A DNA stretch of 64,000 nt. It comes from Escherichia phage vB_EcoM_3HA14. The stretch lies in the sequence record MN342151.1. The stretch is one strand, 5' to 3'. The notes below the pieces were generated by a model. That model saw only the letters and a list, made by a program, of their open reading frames with translations, was not told the origin of the DNA and did not search any database. The position numbers and the translations under genes are program-made. Below, in pieces: positions 18,275 through 28,265 of the stretch. Within the stretch, counting starts at the first letter, position 1. Every line of letters begins with the position of its first letter.

Positions 18275-19138
18275 TTACTCGTCGTCAGTTTCGAAATCAT
18301 CTTCGTCGTCATCATCTGGGTTTGGCAGGTCGTCGTCATCGTCGTCATCACCACCTTTACCTTCATCACCAGAATCTTTTGCATCTTCTTCAGTGATTTC
18401 ACCGTTGTCTTCAACACCTGCAAGACCAAGCATTGCCAGTTCATCTTCATCCAGTTCAGTCTCAGTAGCACCACCAGTACCACCAGTGTAAGGAACCAGA
18501 GTATCAATGATAAATTGTTCCTGAATTGGCTTGGTCAGAACGTTACCTTCAAATGTGTAGAAGTGAGTCGCCAGAATCACACTACCAAATGAGCCGTTAC
18601 CAACTGCAATATCTGGATGAATTACATCGTAAGTCTTATCGTCATCGTGCTTATCAGATTTTGCTGCCTTGATTTTCTTCATAGGCTGCTTAACTGCAAC
18701 ACGCTTACCATTGATTTCTTCAACCAGCATTACAGGGAAACTCTGTTTTGCTGACCACACAGCACCGTCTTTATATGCTGCTGAACGGCTAACCTTCAGG
18801 ATGTGATAGGTGTCAGCTTCAAACGGAGGCTCACAACCAAACTTCTCTTCGAAGTCGTCTGCATCAACAGCCTCTGTAGTAACTTTATCCCAACCTTCAG
18901 GACTCTTTTTAGACTTGGTGAACTCTTTAAAGAGCTTGTTACCATCTTTTGCCAGAATTGAAACGCTGTAGTTACAATCTTTGCCCGGAAAATGCTTATC
19001 CACAGATTTACCCTTTTGAGGACGTGGGATAGTGTTCAGGTAATAGAACCAAACATCTTTCAGTAGGTAACGCAGAGTCTCACGTTCTTGACCATTGTAC
19101 TTCTCTACCGGAGCTTTCATTTTAACAACTTTAGACAT
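18275..19138 (-). CDS. acidic-tailed protein, putative ssDNA-binding protein
   Basis: 287 aa with a C-terminal tail of more than 20 Asp/Glu (DDDDDDDLPNPDDDDEDDFETDDE); located between flap endonuclease and primase-helicase. Confidence 0.4.
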   Translation of the reverse strand: MSKVVKMKAPVEKYNGQERETLRYLLKDVWFYYLNTIPRPQKGKSVDKHFPGKDCNYSVSILAKDGNKLFKEFTKSKKSPEGWDKVTTEAVDADDFEEKFGCEPPFEADTYHILKVSRSAAYKDGAVWSAKQSFPVMLVEEINGKRVAVKQPMKKIKAAKSDKHDDDKTYDVIHPDIAVGNGSFGSVILATHFYTFEGNVLTKPIQEQFIIDTLVPYTGGTGGATETELDEDELAMLGLAGVEDNGEITEEDAKDSGDEGKGGDDDDDDDLPNPDDDDEDDFETDDE

Positions 19139-19357
19139 TTTAATACCTCTTTCTCAAATTAACTTTCAACTCAACTATCAAGGAGTACAATCTTACAGAC
19201 TTCATACTCCCTTGTCAAACACTTTAAGCAGATTTCTTAGCTGCTTTACGAGCCGTCTTACCCATGCGAACTCGCTTCTGTACATAGTATTCAGCAGGTT
19301 TACCAGCAGTTGCTTTCATGGAATCGCCAAATACTTTCTCGAATGCTTTAGAATGTT

Positions 19358-19639
19358 TCATGAATCTCTCCGATATATTTCATATTCAAAATGTTTATTA
19401 GTCAAGGTAAAGATGTAAACTGTAGATAAACCATCAATTGCTAATGCAAACTGCTCAACATTATCTTTTGATAAGTGTTCAAACTTTACTTCATGTCCCT
19501 TGTTGATGAGTACTTTACCGAACTGCTCTATCTTAGTCAAGCACTCTTTTACAAATTTTTCTCTGCTTTTTTCTGAATAGAAGGGTTCAAAACCCTCCTT
19601 CAGATAACTATCAATCAGTTTCGAACGGACAGTCATCAT
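19358..19639 (-). CDS. hypothetical protein
   Basis: 93 aa ORF. Confidence 0.45.
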   Translation of the reverse strand: MMTVRSKLIDSYLKEGFEPFYSEKSREKFVKECLTKIEQFGKVLINKGHEVKFEHLSKDNVEQFALAIDGLSTVYIFTLTNKHFEYEIYRRDS

Positions 19640-21602
19640 TATCCTCGTTAATCACAGGTGGAATGGTGGAACTTTCACGTTGTTCTTGTGTGTAAATCTC
19701 TCCAGATTCACGGTCAAAATCAACATCTTCATAGTGTGGCATAGAGTCATCGTAATGGTCTTCAGCCTCACCAATACCAAACTGCTGACGAATATTCTCT
19801 GCTGCACCATCAATATCAACACCGCATCCAGCAGCCTTTACAAGACGGCCTGTATCTGGATTGTACCAAGTGTGACCAGCAATACCAGTTGATTTACCAT
19901 GACGACGACACTTCGTTAGCTTGATTTTTGTCAAGTTCTTTTTAACAGGGTCTGGGTCAACCTTGTTACGCATAAGCAAAATGTTGTTCATGGAAATCTG
20001 GAAGTATGCACCAGAACCCTTGATATCTTCTTCAGAAATATCACCACCTTCAGAGTTGGCCTTTTGGCCACCTGCACTCTTACGAACGTGACACACGTTT
20101 ACCTGAGCATACTGATAACGCTTACAGCGACGAAGTAACTCAGACAGAACTTCTTCTTCATCTGTATCAGAGCGTGACAGCGCCAATGTAATAGGGTCAA
20201 GAATGATAATCTTACAATCAAGGCTGTTAACCAGATAGTCAACAAACTCCAGCAGGTTATCTTGGTCAATTGCCCCTTGGTGGTCTACGATGTGAATACG
20301 ACGACCTTTTGACAACTCAGCATGTGCAACCTTAATCTCATCCCAATTACGCTCATCGTAAGGAATCTCTGAAATCTGCTTACTAAGATGGATTGCACAG
20401 AGCATTTCCATAAGTTCTTCGTAAGTATCCTCTACAGGAATCACACCGATGTTGTACTCAGTATCTTTCCATGCTTTGTAAATCATCTCACGAGTATATG
20501 CAGATTTACCTACAGATGAAGGTGCAGCAAGGGTTGTAATCTCGCCTAAACCATACCCGCCATAAGTCAGCTTATTCAAATCCCCGAAAGAATCTGGGAA
20601 AGGAATTAAAGGAATCTGACCACGATTCTTCATAGCATCGAAACCGTCTGCAAAGTTCTTGATACCAGCAGGACAGTAACGAGGTGCATTGTAGATTCGT
20701 TGTTTAAATCCTTCTAAGACTGTATCTTTGTCTTTGAAGAACTTAGTCCACCACTCACTAAGGTCTTTAATACCTTCAGGATACTGGAACAGTCTTACTT
20801 TCTCAATAGGTAAGATACCAGCAGCTTCCTTAGTTGCTTTAGCCCCTGCTTCATCATTATCAAAGCATAGGTAAATCTCATCAAAGGAAGTAATATACTG
20901 ATAGTTCTCTTTGATAGACTTAACATTAGCACCAGATGGTACAGAAACGTGGCAGTAATTCTTACGTCTAGACTTATCTTTAATTGCTAAAGAAGTCATG
21001 TAGATTGCTGTAGCACATTCCATCTCACCTTCCCAGATGAAAAGACGGTTACCACCTTCTGGAGCAATCCATGAACCGAACATAGCCAGTTCACCTTTAA
21101 TATCTCCGACACCACCAGAAAAATCTTTCAACTTCCCACGTAAGTGCTCTTTATGATAGTCATCTGGATATTTGTGACGAACACGATAACCTACATGTTG
21201 CAACTTCCCATCTTCATCCTTTTTGTATGTTGGATAGAAATGTGCATCAATATCACCGTTATCATCAATATCAACTTTAATACCAAGACGCTCAAGGACT
21301 TTTGCAGGAATCTTCCTGTCTTTTAAATCCATTGCTTCTAGGTTTTCTTTCACATCATCTAAATCCATACCACGAAATGTACGGTTTTTATTCTCTGAAC
21401 CTGAAGTATGAGTACTCACAATCTGCCCTTTATCAAAATCCCACTCTGGAAAACCTTTTCCACAACTGAAACATGTCATTGAATATGAACCGTCATCATG
21501 ACGATATATAGAACCTGCATCTGAAGATAAACATTGAGGGCGTGGACATGCACAGTGACCTACAAATGTTCCAGCATCTTTCAGTTTTCTCTGTTTAGCC
21601 AT
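19611..21602 (-). CDS. bifunctional DNA primase-helicase (T7 gp4-like)
   Basis: N-terminal Cys4 zinc ribbon (CACPRPQC...CFSCGK), TOPRIM-like DNDEAG, Walker A SVGKSAYT and Walker B IIILD of a DnaB-family helicase. Confidence 0.85.
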   Translation of the reverse strand: MAKQRKLKDAGTFVGHCACPRPQCLSSDAGSIYRHDDGSYSMTCFSCGKGFPEWDFDKGQIVSTHTSGSENKNRTFRGMDLDDVKENLEAMDLKDRKIPAKVLERLGIKVDIDDNGDIDAHFYPTYKKDEDGKLQHVGYRVRHKYPDDYHKEHLRGKLKDFSGGVGDIKGELAMFGSWIAPEGGNRLFIWEGEMECATAIYMTSLAIKDKSRRKNYCHVSVPSGANVKSIKENYQYITSFDEIYLCFDNDEAGAKATKEAAGILPIEKVRLFQYPEGIKDLSEWWTKFFKDKDTVLEGFKQRIYNAPRYCPAGIKNFADGFDAMKNRGQIPLIPFPDSFGDLNKLTYGGYGLGEITTLAAPSSVGKSAYTREMIYKAWKDTEYNIGVIPVEDTYEELMEMLCAIHLSKQISEIPYDERNWDEIKVAHAELSKGRRIHIVDHQGAIDQDNLLEFVDYLVNSLDCKIIILDPITLALSRSDTDEEEVLSELLRRCKRYQYAQVNVCHVRKSAGGQKANSEGGDISEEDIKGSGAYFQISMNNILLMRNKVDPDPVKKNLTKIKLTKCRRHGKSTGIAGHTWYNPDTGRLVKAAGCGVDIDGAAENIRQQFGIGEAEDHYDDSMPHYEDVDFDRESGEIYTQEQRESSTIPPVINEDNDDCPFETD

Positions 21603-21795
21603 TCACACCTCTTCGTTGTAGTTCTGCCTTAAGACCGTTTTCAATCTTATCAAGCTCATGGATTTCTTCTGCAATCTCTTTCCTTCTTGAAGCGACCCTT
21701 TCAAGTCGCTCCATCATAACTTCTTTGGAAAGAGATGAGAGTTCCACTGTACGGTGGTCAATTACTTTAAAGTTATTCTCTCTCATCTTCAACAC
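21595..21795 (-). CDS. hypothetical protein
   Basis: 66 aa ORF. Confidence 0.35.
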   Translation of the reverse strand: MLKMRENNFKVIDHRTVELSSLSKEVMMERLERVASRRKEIAEEIHELDKIENGLKAELQRRGVNG

Positions 21796-21798
21796 CTT

Positions 21799-22539
21799 TT
21801 ACAGATTGATAATGGTTTTAAGTTTGCTCTCTAATTCTTCCATCGTTCCGTTATTCTGGATAATATCACGAGAGAAGTTAGTGGAAATACCACGTTCAGA
21901 GCTATGGGAAGCCACCTGAATAGCATCTTTTCTTGTAATCTCAATTATCTGGCTATCGTAGCTTTGAAGGAACTCAGCTTCAATATCAAACCTTAAATCA
22001 CATATCAGTGCAATACCTATGTGACTTTTCTTAACGCAATCTCCATAGAATTTTTCAATACGTTCTGCCAAATCTGTAATCCAGAAACGCTCTCCAAGAA
22101 TTTTACGGATAACCTCACTACCCCAGACTTGCTGTATTTGTCTTGAGGAAATCATATATTCATTTTTCAAACCAAGCTTTGTAAGCAATGTAGGTTTACC
22201 AACTTTCTTTAACTCTTTGATAAGCCTGTCTGTGATTTCCCCACAAAGTTTTGCATCTTCATGGATGCCCTTACTTTTCATGTTTAGCTGGAAAGCCCAT
22301 GCCACACGGGAGTTAAGATTGTCAAAATCTAAGCTAAACTTTTTAGGTGTTTCTTTCGTATCACCATACAGGTCTTGCCAGTTCAAGTCAAAGATAAATC
22401 CAGCAGTTGCTTTTAAGTTATCGGCAAACGCAAACACTTTAACAGTGTATCCAGCCTCATTCAATAGATTTTTTACAATGCTGCAAGATGTATCCTTTCC
22501 AGAACGAGCTTTTCCAGTAAATGCAATAACACTTTTCAT
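21799..22539 (-). CDS. deoxynucleoside monophosphate kinase
   Basis: P-loop AFTGKARSGKDT similar to T4 gp1-type dNMP kinase; track start 22569 is TTG, ATG at 22537-22539 with GGAG RBS. Confidence 0.65.
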   Translation of the reverse strand: MKSVIAFTGKARSGKDTSCSIVKNLLNEAGYTVKVFAFADNLKATAGFIFDLNWQDLYGDTKETPKKFSLDFDNLNSRVAWAFQLNMKSKGIHEDAKLCGEITDRLIKELKKVGKPTLLTKLGLKNEYMISSRQIQQVWGSEVIRKILGERFWITDLAERIEKFYGDCVKKSHIGIALICDLRFDIEAEFLQSYDSQIIEITRKDAIQVASHSSERGISTNFSRDIIQNNGTMEELESKLKTIINL

Positions 22540-22596
22540 ATCGTTCACTCCATAATAAAAAGCCCCCAATTAAGGAGGCTTAAGGGTATGCCACAA

Positions 22597-23391
22597 TTAT
22601 TGTAGTTTAGAACCAGTGAGTTCACGCTCAGACATTGCTTCTAACTGCTGAACAAACTCTTCACCGAAGTTGATTGCAATCTTGGTGCTAAGAACTGCTG
22701 CACCAGTTTGGCTAAATACATCCCCGAGTGCTGCTGTATGAGCACCTTGTGAAATGCTCTCTACAAAGCTTGGGTCAGACTCTAACATTTTTGACACTTC
22801 AAGTAAAGCATGGATACCCATGATACTAAAGATAGCGTTTAACAGTGAAGTTACCTTAACCTGAATAGGGTCTAAAGAGAGACCATTAGTAATCTCTGAC
22901 AGCTTATTCATTGTCTCATCAGCGTACTGAATTGCCTTGTCAGAGACTTCATCAAAGCCCCAATCCAGTTTTGCATAACGTGGTGACTTATCATCCATAC
23001 GCTTCTCTAGCGATGCCATTACAGCAGCAACTGGTGTACAAATACCTTTCAGAAGGTCTTCATCACTCATGTTATCAAGTTCTTTAATACCCTGCTCAGT
23101 AATCTGGATGTATCCACCTGAATACATTTCATCAAAGATGTATGCTGCAAAGGCATCAACACCAATGAAGATGGTCTTCAGAGCATCAGTCTTATTAGAC
23201 AGCAGGTATTCAACCTCTTTACGGAAATCTTCGTCATTCTCTACAGCGTTTTTTACAACACGCAGAGATTCAGGGATAAATTTTCCTGACAGTGAGTTGC
23301 TACGCATAATGATAGCAAGAGTCTCAACGGTGTTCAGCATGAATGCTTCGTCAATACCTTTTTCTTCCAGAATCTCATTTACAGTTTTCAT
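22597..23391 (-). CDS. hypothetical protein
   Basis: 264 aa ORF. Confidence 0.45.
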   Translation of the reverse strand: MKTVNEILEEKGIDEAFMLNTVETLAIIMRSNSLSGKFIPESLRVVKNAVENDEDFRKEVEYLLSNKTDALKTIFIGVDAFAAYIFDEMYSGGYIQITEQGIKELDNMSDEDLLKGICTPVAAVMASLEKRMDDKSPRYAKLDWGFDEVSDKAIQYADETMNKLSEITNGLSLDPIQVKVTSLLNAIFSIMGIHALLEVSKMLESDPSFVESISQGAHTAALGDVFSQTGAAVLSTKIAINFGEEFVQQLEAMSERELTGSKLQ

Positions 23392-23815
23392 CTTTAATCT
23401 CTCTCATTTTGTTAATAGTAAGTCGTGATAATCTTAAGCTTTCTTGTGAAGAGAAGTCAAGCCCTTTTTCAGACCGTGGGAAGTAATTTCTGTCCCATGT
23501 ATTCTCTGCATCCTGAAGCAGTTGGGATAGACTATCTAAGTCCGTTCCATTTTGCAACTTATTTTTTAAGGTATCTATCAAAAAGATTGTGTCTTTCGCT
23601 TTACGTCTTTCTGAAGATATCTCTTTCATGTGCTCAAATACCGAGCACTTTAAACCTTCGTCATATCCACTTGATAGTTCTATCTCATGCTGAACATCAA
23701 CCATTCGACGATGTTGATAAGCATACTCCTTCTGAGCCTCAATGTAAAGTGCTTCAACTTTTTCTAAAGCTTGGACAAGGTTATTGATATCTGGGTGAAC
23801 GTACATCCTCTGCAT
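23375..23815 (-). CDS. hypothetical protein
   Basis: 146 aa ORF, first gene of the leftward block. Confidence 0.45.
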   Translation of the reverse strand: MQRMYVHPDINNLVQALEKVEALYIEAQKEYAYQHRRMVDVQHEIELSSGYDEGLKCSVFEHMKEISSERRKAKDTIFLIDTLKNKLQNGTDLDSLSQLLQDAENTWDRNYFPRSEKGLDFSSQESLRLSRLTINKMREIKDENCK

Positions 23816-24074
23816 GATTGCCTCTGTTAAGTATCTATAAAGATTTTAATCTCTTATCTTTATGTATGTTATACATATAACTTTAAAGCTTTTTAAAAGC
23901 TATTAAAAATCTTTTAAGACTTTTAAAGAAACTGTATAGTTAATCTATAAAGGGAGTCTATTAAGATAAAACCCACTTCGAAAAGACTAACACCTTGTCA
24001 AGTAGTTTGTCAACTTGCTTTTTGAAGAAAATTGCTGTAGGGTATTATCCAGAATGATTTGAGAGGGAGTAAAA
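23816..24074. promoter_or_regulatory. divergent AT-rich intergenic control region
   Basis: 259 nt between divergently oriented gene blocks; repeated TTTTAAA(A)G and TCTATAAAG motifs, two TTGTCA boxes; no promoter assigned with confidence. Confidence 0.4.
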
Positions 24075-26774
24075 ATGGACAATGTAGATTTCGAAAAATT
24101 ACATTTGGTTGGTGATACAGAAACTGATGGGTTGCTCCTTGAGTTTACAAAAGCACACGTAATGGCTTTCGCAGACTATAAAGATGACAGTGATGAACCT
24201 GCTGTGTGGGTTTTCACTGATGAGCCTATTCTTGGTCACAAGTATACAAAATACATCAAAGGTGGTCTGCGTGAAGGTGTTGAGTTTGCACTGAAAGCTA
24301 AACGTCTTTGTATCCACAATGGTCTTGGTTATGACTGGTGGGTGTTTAATCACATTGCACCTGACCTGTGGAACTTTGAGAATCCTAAGTGTAAGCCTTG
24401 GGGTGACTTCTTTCAGGATTCACTTATCCAATCTCGCGTACAGTGGATGGATAGACCTACGCCAAAAGGTTACAAAGGTGCTCATGGTTTAGCTGCATGG
24501 GGTGCTCGTGTAGGTGTCCGTAAACCAGAGATTGAAGAGTGGGGTGTCTGGAATGCAGAGATTCTTACTCGTGTTGTAGAAGATATTAAGATTAACGCCA
24601 AAACTAAACGTGCTCTTGATAATGAGTACCTCAAGCTTAAGAAGTGTGGTGTTGACACTTATGAAACCTACATGCGAGCTAAAGAAACATCCTTCTGGAT
24701 GAGTCAGCAAGCTATCAACGGTTGGAAAGCTGATGTAGAACTTATGCAGTTCCACGTTAAAGAACTTGACAAGTTAACTAACGAGTTGGCTGCTGAGGTT
24801 GAACCACACCTTCCACCAACTATTAAGACAAAAGGTAAAGTCACAGGTGAAGAATTTGCCAAGTCTTGGAACGAGTATGTAGATACATTTGGTCACGTTG
24901 ATGGTTTGAAAAGGATTACCAAGTACCCTAAGACAAAGTATCGTGAACAGATGCGTGAAGGTGAGTTGAAGCAGTACCCTATCAAGCCGTATGGTAAGCC
25001 AACTACAAAGATTTTTAATGTTGAGAAGCGCAACTGCTACACTCCAACTAACACGGTCACAAAAGAAGAGTACCCTGAAGGTTTTGTAGCAATGAAAGAT
25101 GCTCGTGCAGTTTGTAATGAACTGAATGAGAAGATTGGCAAGAAGTGTAAAGATTGGAAGCCAGTTAAGACTGTGAAAACTGTGAAGTACTACAACGTTC
25201 ACGTTGTTAATCACTTTGAGTTAGAGTCTAGTCGCTACACTGGTTTGATTGATGCACCATTCACACCAATTGAGTTTGAAGTTTCACGAATGACTCAGGT
25301 AGCTGTGGTGAAGGATTACTTAAAATCCGTTGGCTGGATTCCTGATGATTGGAACTATAAAAAAGATTCTGACGGTCGTCCTATCAAGGTTTGCAGGTTC
25401 AAAGACAACAAAAAGATGATTCGCAAACATCCTAAGTGGGATGAGATGGTTGAACGTTGTGGGTTGAACTATATTGAGCATGAAGGTGTCTACTACATCG
25501 AGCATAACTGGTCTGTTAAGAAGTACACAGATGTGCTTGAGCCTTGCTTGATTAGGACTTCACCAAAGCTTACAGAATCTTCTTATGATACAATCGAAGG
25601 TGAGCTTGGACAGAAGATTGCGAAGTACTATACTTTGATGCACCGACGCAGGACTATCGAGAACTCAAAGGATGATGAGAAAGGTTGGCTGAACCAGATT
25701 CGTCCAGATGGTCGTTTGAGTGCAGGTGCAATGGTGTTTGGTACTTCTACTGGACGTATGACTCAGTATGGTATTGTGAACGTACCTTCTGGTGCTGCTG
25801 TGTACGGTGAGCCAATGAGGGCAGTGTGGATTTGTGAAGAGGGAACCAACGTAGTATCTGTTGATATGAACTCTGCACAGCTTGTACTACTCTGTAACTT
25901 CATGGGTGATAAAGACTTCACCAAAGCGGTAACAGAGGGTAAAGAAGAGATTGAGTTTGTCCGTCAAGAGGATGGAAGATACTACTGTAAACACTTTGAC
26001 CAGTATCTGAATCCAGAGATTGACAAGTATCTGCGTTACGACTCTGAAAACGATTTGTACGTAGTTTACTCAGGGACTGATGCTCACACTCTGAACAGTA
26101 TCTACTTCAGCCTTAATGATGAGCAAGATATCTTGACTTGTCGTGCTACTCAGGATGAGAATCTTCTTCATGAGATTAGCAAGGGACGTAAGAAAGCTAA
26201 GAATGGTATCTATGCTTTGTTGTTCGGTGCAGGTGATGAGAAGTTTGCTAAAACAATTAAAGCAGCAACTACTCAGGAAGGTGCATTGACTAAGCAGACT
26301 TACTTTGTGCGTTTACCGAAGATTAAGAAACTGTTAGACAACTTGGAAGCTGATTTCAAAGCAACTAAGAAAGCACTTGAAGAGGTGTTTGGTAAAACTG
26401 CTGCAATCTCTAAAGGTGGTTTTGTGAAGGTTGCTGGGGCTTGGCTGTGGTGTAAGTCTCCACACAAACTCTTGAACTATTTGCTGATGGGTTCAGAAGC
26501 ACAAGTTCAGAATGAAGCAATCAACCTTGCATGTCGTCGTATGATTGACGAAGGTTTGATGAAGTTGAATGGTCGTAAACCAGCTATTGGTGCTCGCTTA
26601 CTCTGTGCTTACCACGATGAAACAAGCTGGGAATGTCCAGAGAGCATGACAGCAGATGTGAAAGCAGTAACTGACTGGTATTATGGTCAAGCATCTAAGA
26701 ACCTTGGGCTAAGAAAAGAGACATTGGTCACAGGTGCAGGGAAAGTTGGTAAATCGTGGCTTGAAGTCCACTAA
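24075..26774 (+). CDS. DNA polymerase, family A, with N-terminal 3'-5' exonuclease
   Basis: 899 aa; Exo I-like DTETDG; motif A VVSVDMNSAQLVLL, motif B RKKAKNGIYALLFG, motif C YHDE. Confidence 0.85.
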   Translation: MDNVDFEKLHLVGDTETDGLLLEFTKAHVMAFADYKDDSDEPAVWVFTDEPILGHKYTKYIKGGLREGVEFALKAKRLCIHNGLGYDWWVFNHIAPDLWNFENPKCKPWGDFFQDSLIQSRVQWMDRPTPKGYKGAHGLAAWGARVGVRKPEIEEWGVWNAEILTRVVEDIKINAKTKRALDNEYLKLKKCGVDTYETYMRAKETSFWMSQQAINGWKADVELMQFHVKELDKLTNELAAEVEPHLPPTIKTKGKVTGEEFAKSWNEYVDTFGHVDGLKRITKYPKTKYREQMREGELKQYPIKPYGKPTTKIFNVEKRNCYTPTNTVTKEEYPEGFVAMKDARAVCNELNEKIGKKCKDWKPVKTVKTVKYYNVHVVNHFELESSRYTGLIDAPFTPIEFEVSRMTQVAVVKDYLKSVGWIPDDWNYKKDSDGRPIKVCRFKDNKKMIRKHPKWDEMVERCGLNYIEHEGVYYIEHNWSVKKYTDVLEPCLIRTSPKLTESSYDTIEGELGQKIAKYYTLMHRRRTIENSKDDEKGWLNQIRPDGRLSAGAMVFGTSTGRMTQYGIVNVPSGAAVYGEPMRAVWICEEGTNVVSVDMNSAQLVLLCNFMGDKDFTKAVTEGKEEIEFVRQEDGRYYCKHFDQYLNPEIDKYLRYDSENDLYVVYSGTDAHTLNSIYFSLNDEQDILTCRATQDENLLHEISKGRKKAKNGIYALLFGAGDEKFAKTIKAATTQEGALTKQTYFVRLPKIKKLLDNLEADFKATKKALEEVFGKTAAISKGGFVKVAGAWLWCKSPHKLLNYLLMGSEAQVQNEAINLACRRMIDEGLMKLNGRKPAIGARLLCAYHDETSWECPESMTADVKAVTDWYYGQASKNLGLRKETLVTGAGKVGKSWLEVH

Positions 26775-26835
26775 TAGTATTGACAAGGTGCTCATGGAAG
26801 AGTACCTTATACTATATATTGTATAGGAGACTTGT

Positions 26836-27036
26836 ATGACTATTTCAGAAATTGAAGTTCAACTGCAATGTGCTGGATATTCTCAAAGTGAGATTGAGGC
26901 TATGTGCATCATCATTTGCAGTAGCCATAAGCACCTCAAGCTTTCTAATGAAAATCTTCGCAAGGTTGATATTTTTATTGCTGGAGGTAAGATTATCAAG
27001 GATAAGACAGGCTACCTTAAAGGTGAACGTCTATGA
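26836..27036 (+). CDS. hypothetical protein
   Basis: 66 aa ORF. Confidence 0.4.
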   Translation: MTISEIEVQLQCAGYSQSEIEAMCIIICSSHKHLKLSNENLRKVDIFIAGGKIIKDKTGYLKGERL

Positions 27037-27242
27037 GCCATCGTGGAAGAACTCATCTCGCCATGATGCAAGGTGCTTCAAAAGAGACTATCAAGAATCG
27101 GAAGAAAACTCTTTTTGACAGAATGAATAGACTCATCGATAATGCAAGCCTACCTAACTCTGAAAAGGTTTTCTTGAAAGGGAATCTGAAGAGTATTGCA
27201 CAGGAACTTATTGACATTGAATTTTGGAGACACCAAAAATGA
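27033..27242 (+). CDS. hypothetical protein
   Basis: 69 aa ORF, overlapping stop/start with neighbours. Confidence 0.4.
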   Translation: MSHRGRTHLAMMQGASKETIKNRKKTLFDRMNRLIDNASLPNSEKVFLKGNLKSIAQELIDIEFWRHQK

Positions 27243-27430
27243 CATACGAAGAAGCTCTCGAAGCTATGAAACAGGGCAAGAAAGTTCGAAATGAAAATTT
27301 CACATCTGATGAGTTCTTTGAAATAAAAGACGGAAAGGTTGTATGTGAAATGGGTTACCCAATGGCTGCATGGTACAAGGGGGAACCTTGGCAGAAAACT
27401 GGATGGAGTATCTTTAATGAAACTTTATAG
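27224..27430 (+). CDS. hypothetical protein
   Basis: 68 aa ORF. Confidence 0.4.
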   Translation: METPKMTYEEALEAMKQGKKVRNENFTSDEFFEIKDGKVVCEMGYPMAAWYKGEPWQKTGWSIFNETL

Positions 27431-27549
27431 CATTTGGGGAAGAGTTGGTGAAGGTTATGACTGGACTCTTCTTAAAACAAATGTTAAAAGTAACGAGATA
27501 GCTTACTACAAAATCTATTACCATAAAACTTTTAGAGAGGTAGAGTATC

Positions 27550-27801
27550 GTGAGCAATAAAGAGCAAGAAGCTTTAGCAATCTTCAAGAGCGAAGACAAA
27601 TCAATAGCTTTTGTCTCAGAGGCTTGGTGCAGGGATTTGGGGTATGATTGGTATCTCTTCTTATGCGCTAAGAAAGATGTTAAACCAGTTGATGAAACCC
27701 GATTCAAAGAACTGTATAATATCTGCCAAGAGGGTTATGAAGAACATTACGAAGGTTCTTTGAATCCTGTAAATTCAAAAGCTTCAGATTTATTTTATTG
27801 A
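27550..27801 (+). CDS. hypothetical protein
   Basis: 83 aa ORF. Confidence 0.4.
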   Translation: MSNKEQEALAIFKSEDKSIAFVSEAWCRDLGYDWYLFLCAKKDVKPVDETRFKELYNICQEGYEEHYEGSLNPVNSKASDLFY

Positions 27802-27811
27802 GAGGTTTGAA

Positions 27812-28057
27812 ATGTTAAAATTATTGATACCAGCTTTAGTAGTCCTACTGGTTGGATGTAACCCTTCTTATGAGAATAAGGATGCTTCTTACAGACTTCC
27901 TCCAGAAATGCAAGACTGCAAGATTTATAAACTTAATGGTGATGCCATTAGCAGGGATGTTATTGTAGTTCGCTGCCCAAATTCTCAGACGACAACTTCT
28001 TACAAGTATGGGAAGAATAGTCAGTCACACACCACAGTTTTTGATGGGGGATATTAA
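27812..28057 (+). CDS. putative lipoprotein (signal peptide plus lipobox LLVGC)
   Basis: MLKLLIPALVVLLVGC N-terminus; 81 aa; two further Cys in the mature part. Confidence 0.5.
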   Translation: MLKLLIPALVVLLVGCNPSYENKDASYRLPPEMQDCKIYKLNGDAISRDVIVVRCPNSQTTTSYKYGKNSQSHTTVFDGGY

Positions 28058-28058
28058 T

Positions 28059-28265
28059 ATGCAGGTTCTGGTAAACTTTATCTATAAGTATGAAAACATC
28101 TTCAGCACTATGACTGTAGCTCAACGCAATCCAGTTATTCCACGAGAAGGGGAGACTGTTGAGATTAATGATTGGAACTACAGAGTTGAAGAGGTCAAGC
28201 ATAAACTTAAAGATGGTTATGACCACCAAGTTGTAAATGTGTATTTAAAAGGTAAGTGGCAATGA
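28059..28265 (+). CDS. hypothetical protein
   Basis: ORF 28008..28265 trimmed to internal ATG at 28059 preceded by GGGGGA. Confidence 0.35.
   Translation: MQVLVNFIYKYENIFSTMTVAQRNPVIPREGETVEINDWNYRVEEVKHKLKDGYDHQVVNVYLKGKWQ

Noticed and set aside
18204-18491. Plus-strand Ser-rich ORF (SSSSSSS...)
   Set aside because: Mirror image of the GAT/GAC/GAA-rich codons of the acidic tail on the minus strand; low complexity.
22540-22569. N-terminal extensions from TTG/GTG track starts (also at 10993, 7949, 5747)
   Set aside because: In-frame ATGs with better Shine-Dalgarno spacing lie just downstream; the nrdD extension would run through a terminator hairpin.
26781-26809. TTGACA box after the DNA polymerase gene as a promoter
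   Set aside because: No acceptable -10 hexamer at 16-18 nt spacing.
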